Shown: piece after piece, positions 57,949-64,000 of the stretch
How the letters are laid out: every line of letters begins with the position of its first letter
Numbering within the stretch: position 1 is the first letter of the stretch
NCBI RefSeq assembly: GCF_049608145.1
Contig: NZ_JBMYXF010000011.1
Span: 3,955-67,954, forward strand
DNA length: 64,000 bases
Direction of reading: 5' to 3'
Origin: Halocynthiibacter sp.
Lineage (GTDB): Bacteria > Pseudomonadota > Alphaproteobacteria > Rhodobacterales > Rhodobacteraceae
Notes under the pieces: generated by a model
The model's database searches: none
The model's input: the letters and a program-made list of their open reading frames with translations, nothing else
What the model was told of the DNA's origin: nothing
Position numbers and translations under genes: made by a program

Positions 57949-58408
57949 TTTCACATTATGATGTGAAGTTCGCTGAAAATTCAAAAATTACAGACACTTG
58001 AGAAGCTCGATAGTTGTTTTATCGGTCATAGGCCAGTGGCCTTGCAAAGGCCGTTTTCTGGATGGCTTTCTTCACAATTAGGGATCCATTTTCATATTTG
58101 TTCCAACCATGCGATCGACAGGTGCATTCTGCTGTTTATCGGAGGGGATCCGCCGCCTTTACGGTGGAAAACCTTTTTCAAAAAAGCCTGAAAACCGCGG
58201 CCCCTGTTGAGGCGGATTAGCAGATATAGCTTTCGGCTGTGTCCCAGGGCTTTGATATTGGGATAACCATGAATTTTTCGTGTTTATAAATGGTGCCAGG
58301 CAAAACCCCGCTCTGCGCATCTGTGAACACAAACTGTTTACTGCCACCGAATTGATCTCGTGGCATGATCATATCAAGTTTACTCCGAACTTATAAAGGA
58401 TCACAGTT

Positions 58409-58981
58409 ATGAAATCTCTTCTTCTCGCGGCGACTATGCTGACCGCAGCCACCGCCGCATCGGCAGAAGCCGTAAAATACGATCTGGATGCGTCGCACAG
58501 CCAGATCCTCTTCTCATATAACCACCTTGGTTTCTCTACGACTTGGGGCATGTTCTCGGGTTTTGAAGGTGAAATTATGTTTGATGAGGCCGACCCAAGC
58601 GCGTCTTCCGTGTCTGTGTCCATGCCGCTTGCCTCAATGTTCACGGGTTGGGAAGCACGTTTTGCGCATTTCATGGCGGAAGATTTCTTTAATGCGCAGG
58701 GTGACGAAATTGTCTCTTTCACATCCACTGGGATTGAGCTGACAGGCGAAACCACCGCAAACATCACCGGTGATCTGACCCTGAATGGCGTGACCAAATC
58801 TGTGGTTCTGGATGCGGTCCTGAACCAGGCCGCAACCAATCCGATGGCGCAGAAACCATGGCTGGGCTTCGACGCAACCGCCACTGTGTTGCGGTCTGAC
58901 TTTGGCGTTGGCAACTTTGCTCCGCATGTATCAGACGAAGTCGCGATCCAGATCTCTATCGAAGCGGGGCAGGCTGAATAA
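58409..58981 (+). CDS. YceI-family periplasmic protein
   Basis: YDLDASHSQ..F...HLGFS, GDLTLNGVTK.V, RSDFG. Confidence 0.93.
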   Translation: MKSLLLAATMLTAATAASAEAVKYDLDASHSQILFSYNHLGFSTTWGMFSGFEGEIMFDEADPSASSVSVSMPLASMFTGWEARFAHFMAEDFFNAQGDEIVSFTSTGIELTGETTANITGDLTLNGVTKSVVLDAVLNQAATNPMAQKPWLGFDATATVLRSDFGVGNFAPHVSDEVAIQISIEAGQAE

Positions 58982-59002
58982 TCAGGCCTGACTATGCTGA
59001 AG

Positions 59003-59030
59003 AAAGCCCTGCCTGTCTGGCGGGGCTTTT
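59003..59030 (+). terminator. Rho-independent terminator
   Basis: AAAGCCCTGCC-tgtct-GGCGGGGCTTTT. Confidence 0.75.
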
Positions 59031-59174
59031 GTGTTCTGAACTGGGTTTCAGGTTTTGCCACCCTTTAATTTATTGATTTCGAATGTAATTTATCGATCGG
59101 TGGCGTTTTAACCGAAAAATCACACGAATCACGCCAGACTTCCCCGGTAAATATTTTCCGTGCCGGAGTCAGAT

Positions 59175-60089
59175 ATGAAATTGCACCGCCTTGCCCCTGT
59201 TTTTATGGCTTTACTGGCAGCAGCGCCCCTGCAAGCCCAGGAAGAAACACCAAATCATGTGTTTCAATCTGCGGACATGATCCATCAGGAGCTTCTTTTG
59301 CTGAACGAAGCCAATTTTTCAGAGGCCCCGACACAGCAATTGCCCCGTATCCAGGCCTTGCCTCGACATGTCTTTCAGCGCGCGCGCATTATCTGGGCCA
59401 AGGTGCAGTTGCTTCGATTTATGAATGGGCTGCCAACGCGGTCGATTGATCCGCTGCCGGTGCGCGATGTACAGCCTGCGGATGTGAAGGGCATTGTTGA
59501 TAGCATTTTGGCCGATATCCGGGAACTGCGACCGGCCTATTCCATCACACAAGATGTGGCGGAAACAACGCTTCCACAGGGGAAAACACCGACTGATGTT
59601 CTTGCACATCTGGCGATGATAGATCGTGAAATCGATGCACTGGGCGTTCCTGGAATTGTACCAAATGATGTCTATCAGGTTGCGGCGACATTGGTGCGTG
59701 ATCTTGAAACAGTAACCGAACACATGGATGTCTCTGTAGATCTGAATGCGATTGAACCTGTCCTGGGCAAAAGCCCAGCAGATGCCTACAATAATGCATA
59801 TGCATTGCTTGCCGATTTACAAGCGCTTTCAACGGCCGATCAGCGCTTCAGCGTCACCGGGGGGATCGAACCTCCGCAGCAGAAAAGCAGTGATATCACA
59901 CCATCTGATGTGATTTTTCTTCTTGGTCGCGGGCTGGCTGATGTTGGGGCTGTTAAATACGCAACCGGTGTCACGACTGTCACAGTGGATGTGCCTCTTG
60001 AGGGGGGGAAAACCCCTTCTGATGTCTTTCATGTGATTGAACAGGCCAGAGGTCTGGTTGCGGCACTCTCTGCCAGCAGCAACGGTTGA
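59175..60089 (+). CDS. Secreted helical-repeat hypothetical protein
   Basis: Signal peptide; eight P-x-(D/H)-(V/A) helix repeats. Confidence 0.75.
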   Translation: MKLHRLAPVFMALLAAAPLQAQEETPNHVFQSADMIHQELLLLNEANFSEAPTQQLPRIQALPRHVFQRARIIWAKVQLLRFMNGLPTRSIDPLPVRDVQPADVKGIVDSILADIRELRPAYSITQDVAETTLPQGKTPTDVLAHLAMIDREIDALGVPGIVPNDVYQVAATLVRDLETVTEHMDVSVDLNAIEPVLGKSPADAYNNAYALLADLQALSTADQRFSVTGGIEPPQQKSSDITPSDVIFLLGRGLADVGAVKYATGVTTVTVDVPLEGGKTPSDVFHVIEQARGLVAALSASSNG

Positions 60090-60105
60090 TCAGGAGAGTA
60101 TCCAA

Positions 60106-62268
60106 ATGTCTGATGTATCTGTTGAAAAACTGAATGAAACGGGCACGAAGGCCTCCGTCCTGGAAGGGAAATCTAGCCGTTTCTCGATGCGACTTGGTGG
60201 TAAAATTCTGAGCTTGGTTCTGATCCCGGTGGTTTTCCTGAGTCTTGTGAACGCTTATACAATTCTTTCATCGTCTCAAAGGTTGGAAAACACGTTTTCC
60301 CATATGGATGAAACGTTGGAATACAACCGCAGACTGACCATAGCCAGCGGCAATATGACTGACGGATTACTCAAAATTAACAGCTCTGTTTCCGGTCTGG
60401 ATGAAACCCGCCGGGCAAATATCCAGCGCCATAGCTATGATCCACAGAGCGAAATCGGGCGTAGAAATGAAGTGCGAGATGCGATCAATGCATATTTCAC
60501 CAGTATTATCCGATTTAGTGCAATCGTTGAACAGGAAGGATTACATTCAACCGAACTGGATCGTGGCCTGCATTATCTGATACGGTCCGGCGCGACGCTG
60601 GGACGATTGAATGCCCTTTATACAACAGCCAACAGTCGGACCCTGCGATTGATCCGGGACGGTGATTTCGAGGCCGCCCGCAACAACTACAATTTTGAAG
60701 AACGTGCGCGGCTGGGGTCTATTCAGAAGCTTGTCAACGCCACAAGTCATCATTTTACCGAAGTGACCAATATGATTGCGACATTGGTTGCAGATGCTGA
60801 ACATCAGACGGCAGTAGATGCTGCTGCCCTTCAGCGGAAAGTGCTGACTTATTCTTTTGCTGGGTTGGCGGCGTTAACTTTGGTAATACTGGCTTCTGCG
60901 ACCTTATTTGCGCGGCGTAATATCATTAACCCAATTCGGCTGATACCTGGTGAAATTCTGAATTCGGACGCAAAAGCTAAAACAAGTTCCGGTGCGGGAA
61001 TTGGTTCGTCGCGTAACGATGAAATCGGTGACGTTCTAACGGCTGTGGAAACGATGCGCCGCAGGACACTTGAAAAGCGTGCGCAGGAAGAACAGAAAAA
61101 CGCTGAACGCGATGCAAAAATACGAGAACAGCAAAAAAACAGACGCCTTGCTGCCGAAGCAGAAGAAAAACGTCGCGAACAGGAAGAAGCGGAAGCCAAA
61201 CGCCTAGAAGATGACAAATTGCGGCAGCAAGAGATGCTGGCCCAGGCCGAAAGTAAGCGCAATCTGGAAGAGCAGGCCGAAGTGGTTCGTGCCCTGGCTC
61301 GGGGGTTAAGTGCATTGTCTGAAGGCAACCTGTCAGATCTGATTGATACGGAACTTGCGGGGGAATACGACCAGCTGAGAAAAGACTTTAACGCCGCTGC
61401 CGAAAGCCTGTCTCTGGCCATATCGCAGATTCAGGATGGATCCGTTCGCATTCGCGCCGATGTCAATCAAATCGCTGCAGCATCAGATGATCTTGCCCGT
61501 CGCACGGAAATGCAGGCCGCAACCCTTGAAGAAACCGCAGCGGCGCTGGACCAGGTTACAGCATCTGTGCGCTCAACCGCAGATGGGGCCGGAAATGTCA
61601 GTAAAATTGTGGATACTGCACAGGAAAATGCAAAAATCAGTGGCCAGACGGTTCAGCGCACGGTCGAAGCAATGGATAAAATAAACACGTCCTCTTCCGA
61701 AATTCAGAAAATTATCACAGTCATTGATGACATCTCTTTCCAGACAAATTTGCTGGCCCTGAATGCGGGGGTTGAAGCGGCCCGTGCAGGACCTGCGGGG
61801 CGGGGGTTTGCGGTTGTCGCAAGCGAGGTGCGCGCATTGGCCCAGAGATCATCAGCTGCCGCCGCTGAGATTGGCGCACTGATTTCTAACAGCGGAACGC
61901 AGGTGCGTGATGGGGTGGAAATGGTTGAAGAGGTGCAGAAATCACTGAAAGAAATTGTCACATCGGTGCAGGAGGTCGCAACACATGTCACGGAGATGTC
62001 AGCCTCAAGCGTTGAACAGGCGACAGGGCTTGCGGAGATTAACACTGCGATAAATAATCTAGATGGTGTAACACAGAAAAACGCCGCAATGTTTGAAGAA
62101 ACCAATGCAACCACACAAAGCCTGATGCAGGAATGCGAAGTGTTGTCAGGGGCTGTATCCCGATTTTCGCTGATTCAGGATGAAACCGATTTGGCAGCGG
62201 AAGGCAGTTTTACTTCGGTGCGCGGGGTCGAGGATAGATCATCAGACGCAACTGAGACAGCGGCCTGA
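60106..62268 (+). CDS. Methyl-accepting chemotaxis protein
   Basis: Two TMs, HAMP (RNDEIG), [36 protein letters not shown]. Confidence 0.95.
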   Translation: MSDVSVEKLNETGTKASVLEGKSSRFSMRLGGKILSLVLIPVVFLSLVNAYTILSSSQRLENTFSHMDETLEYNRRLTIASGNMTDGLLKINSSVSGLDETRRANIQRHSYDPQSEIGRRNEVRDAINAYFTSIIRFSAIVEQEGLHSTELDRGLHYLIRSGATLGRLNALYTTANSRTLRLIRDGDFEAARNNYNFEERARLGSIQKLVNATSHHFTEVTNMIATLVADAEHQTAVDAAALQRKVLTYSFAGLAALTLVILASATLFARRNIINPIRLIPGEILNSDAKAKTSSGAGIGSSRNDEIGDVLTAVETMRRRTLEKRAQEEQKNAERDAKIREQQKNRRLAAEAEEKRREQEEAEAKRLEDDKLRQQEMLAQAESKRNLEEQAEVVRALARGLSALSEGNLSDLIDTELAGEYDQLRKDFNAAAESLSLAISQIQDGSVRIRADVNQIAAASDDLARRTEMQAATLEETAAALDQVTASVRSTADGAGNVSKIVDTAQENAKISGQTVQRTVEAMDKINTSSSEIQKIITVIDDISFQTNLLALNAGVEAARAGPAGRGFAVVASEVRALAQRSSAAAAEIGALISNSGTQVRDGVEMVEEVQKSLKEIVTSVQEVATHVTEMSASSVEQATGLAEINTAINNLDGVTQKNAAMFEETNATTQSLMQECEVLSGAVSRFSLIQDETDLAAEGSFTSVRGVEDRSSDATETAA

Positions 62269-62307
62269 TGATCCTTGGGATGATTGTATGGACTTTAGAT
62301 CTGGGGG

Positions 62308-63507
62308 TTATCCAGGTTCTGCTATGAGGTTGATTTTGACATGCACAGGAAATGCCAGAGAGCTTTCATCGGGCATGTCCGGTCCAATTTGGTAGTCCAG
62401 ACGCATCAGGTCAAAACTGGCGGTCATTTCAGCTTCTCCATCTGAAAGGACAAGGTCAAAGTCAAAACGCAGCGGTTGTGTGACGCCTTTGAGGGTGAAT
62501 GCGCCATCTGCGATATAGCCGTCATCGGAGTGTATAATATCCCCTATAAACCGCGCTGTCGGAAACTGGGATGCGTTGAAAAAATCCGCGTCCATGGCCT
62601 GATCTGTAACAGATCCAAGTGTCAGGGAAGAAATTGCGATTTCAACATCGACATTCCCGGCAACAGGCAGAGTGCGATCATCGGTAAAGTTAATGCTTGC
62701 ATTCCAATCTGCAAAACGACCGGTGACCGCTGATCCAAACTGCGTCACTGAGATTTCAAGGCTGCCTTCACGCACTGTCCAATTCCCACTGGTTTCGGCC
62801 AATTCAGGTGCTTCAAGTTCAACGCTGTGAGCGTTCAGTGCTGGCAAATAAAATACAGCACCGCCAACAGGCAGAGCAACGGCCCAGACTAAAAGAGCAG
62901 CATAAAGAGGGGACTTACTGTGTTGTATGATTGCGCTGCCCCCCTCGGCCCGCCCCAACATACGTTTCAGGACGATATCTTTGTCAACAAAGTGATGTTT
63001 CAGTGCGCCTGCGATATGCAGCAAAATAGAAAAGGCCAGAACCCGTTCAAATGTTTTGTGCAAAGCAGAGAATAGAACTGCAGTGTCTTCGGATTTTTCG
63101 ACAAAGGGCAGGTTTTGTCCGAACGGCCAGAATATTGGGGCGAAACCCGTTGTGGCCGCATGATGGATCCAGCCCGTCAGCGGCACCAGCACCAGTGAGC
63201 CGTACAAAAGCCAGTGAATCATTTCGGCGACAAAGGTTTCGAGTTTGCGATCAGGATGCAATGGGGCTGGTTTTGGCTGGGTCAGCGCCCATAGAATACG
63301 GGCAAGGGCCAGGAAGAATGCCAAAACGCCTAGGGTTTTGTGTATTTGAAACAGAAAGGCTTTTCGTGTCAAAAGTTCGGGCGTATCAAACGCCATGCCA
63401 TCCGCGATGATGCCCAGTGGGATCAGCGTGATGATACAAAATGCGACGCTCCAGTGGAAGAACCTGGCAACAGACCCAAAGCCTGTAGTGGTGTTTTTTG
63501 TGGACAT
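62308..63507 (-). CDS. Cytochrome b561-YceI fusion
   Basis: RFFHW, HKTLG, IHWLLY, LHIAGALKHH; C-terminal YceI domain. Confidence 0.92.
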   Translation of the reverse strand: MSTKNTTTGFGSVARFFHWSVAFCIITLIPLGIIADGMAFDTPELLTRKAFLFQIHKTLGVLAFFLALARILWALTQPKPAPLHPDRKLETFVAEMIHWLLYGSLVLVPLTGWIHHAATTGFAPIFWPFGQNLPFVEKSEDTAVLFSALHKTFERVLAFSILLHIAGALKHHFVDKDIVLKRMLGRAEGGSAIIQHSKSPLYAALLVWAVALPVGGAVFYLPALNAHSVELEAPELAETSGNWTVREGSLEISVTQFGSAVTGRFADWNASINFTDDRTLPVAGNVDVEIAISSLTLGSVTDQAMDADFFNASQFPTARFIGDIIHSDDGYIADGAFTLKGVTQPLRFDFDLVLSDGEAEMTASFDLMRLDYQIGPDMPDESSLAFPVHVKINLIAEPG

Positions 63508-63830
63508 GAGGGTACTCCTGACAAGGTAGTTTAACATGAACCGAATAGAGCCAACCGGCAAGGCTGGCTATTTGCGCCTGCGCGCGAAGATTGTGCATAA
63601 TTGCGGAAAGTGTCGGGGGTGCTTCCGAATAGGGCGGTCCTATACCTGCATCAGAAACGTAGTGGCTGGAGCACATTTTTTAATGGGATGCGGTAGGGGT
63701 TCTGATCTGTCTGGTGAATGGTTCGAGATAAAGACAATGCATCCTAGATGCGGCAATTTCCTCTAAACCATTGCGACAGGGCGCAGGGCAGGGTATCCCG
63801 ACGTTAAGGTAACAAAACGAGGGGCGTAAT

Positions 63831-64000
63831 ATGCGTGCATTTGTATTTCCAGGGCAGGGTGCTCAGACCATTGGGATGGGTAAAGCTCTGGCAGAGGCTT
63901 ATCCGGCCGCGAAAGCCATTTTTGACGAGGTGGATGACGCGCTGGGCGAAAAACTGTCGGATCTGATCTGGGAAGGCGATGCGGAAACGCTGACGCTGAC
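63831..64000 (+). CDS. fabD: Malonyl-CoA:ACP transacylase, 5' part
   Basis: MRAFVFPGQGAQTIGMGKAL. Confidence 0.93.
   Translation, partial: MRAFVFPGQGAQTIGMGKALAEAYPAAKAIFDEVDDALGEKLSDLIWEGDAETLTL

Noticed and set aside
57950-57968. TTCACAT-N4-ATGTGAA palindrome after attR as a special site
   Set aside because: Single short dyad in host DNA originally downstream of the tRNA; no supporting context

Overview
Alphaproteobacterial chromosome segment, by gene content Rhodobacteraceae/Roseobacter-like. Host genes lie on the left (GT2 glycosyltransferase, carA, YqeY, ctaD, cytochrome c2, lipB) and on the right (YceI, MCP, cytochrome b-YceI, fabD). They flank an apparently complete ~46 kb temperate prophage integrated in tRNA-Leu(GAG); the 14-bp att core TCTCGACCGCACCA occurs at 11868-11881 and 57935-57948. 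The prophage has a lambda-like cos/gpA head, a P2-like contractile tail, a split P4-type primase/helicase, a lysis cassette and a D12 adenine methylase. Inside attR it carries ~8 kb of cargo (CueR-controlled copper cluster, trypsin-like protease) bracketed by clusters of degenerate palindromic repeats. Highlights: (1) the first early-left gene is a LabA/DUF88 NYN nuclease homolog with most catalytic residues substituted, a candidate pseudo-nuclease; (2) a complete c4-type antisense RNA switch plus brnTA is wedged between primase and helicase; (3) the cargo cassettes are delimited by repeats; (4) a holin-like domain is fused to the endolysin; (5) LexA-type boxes sit next to a repressor with no peptidase domain. 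All calls come from reading the sequence by eye; no database search was run.
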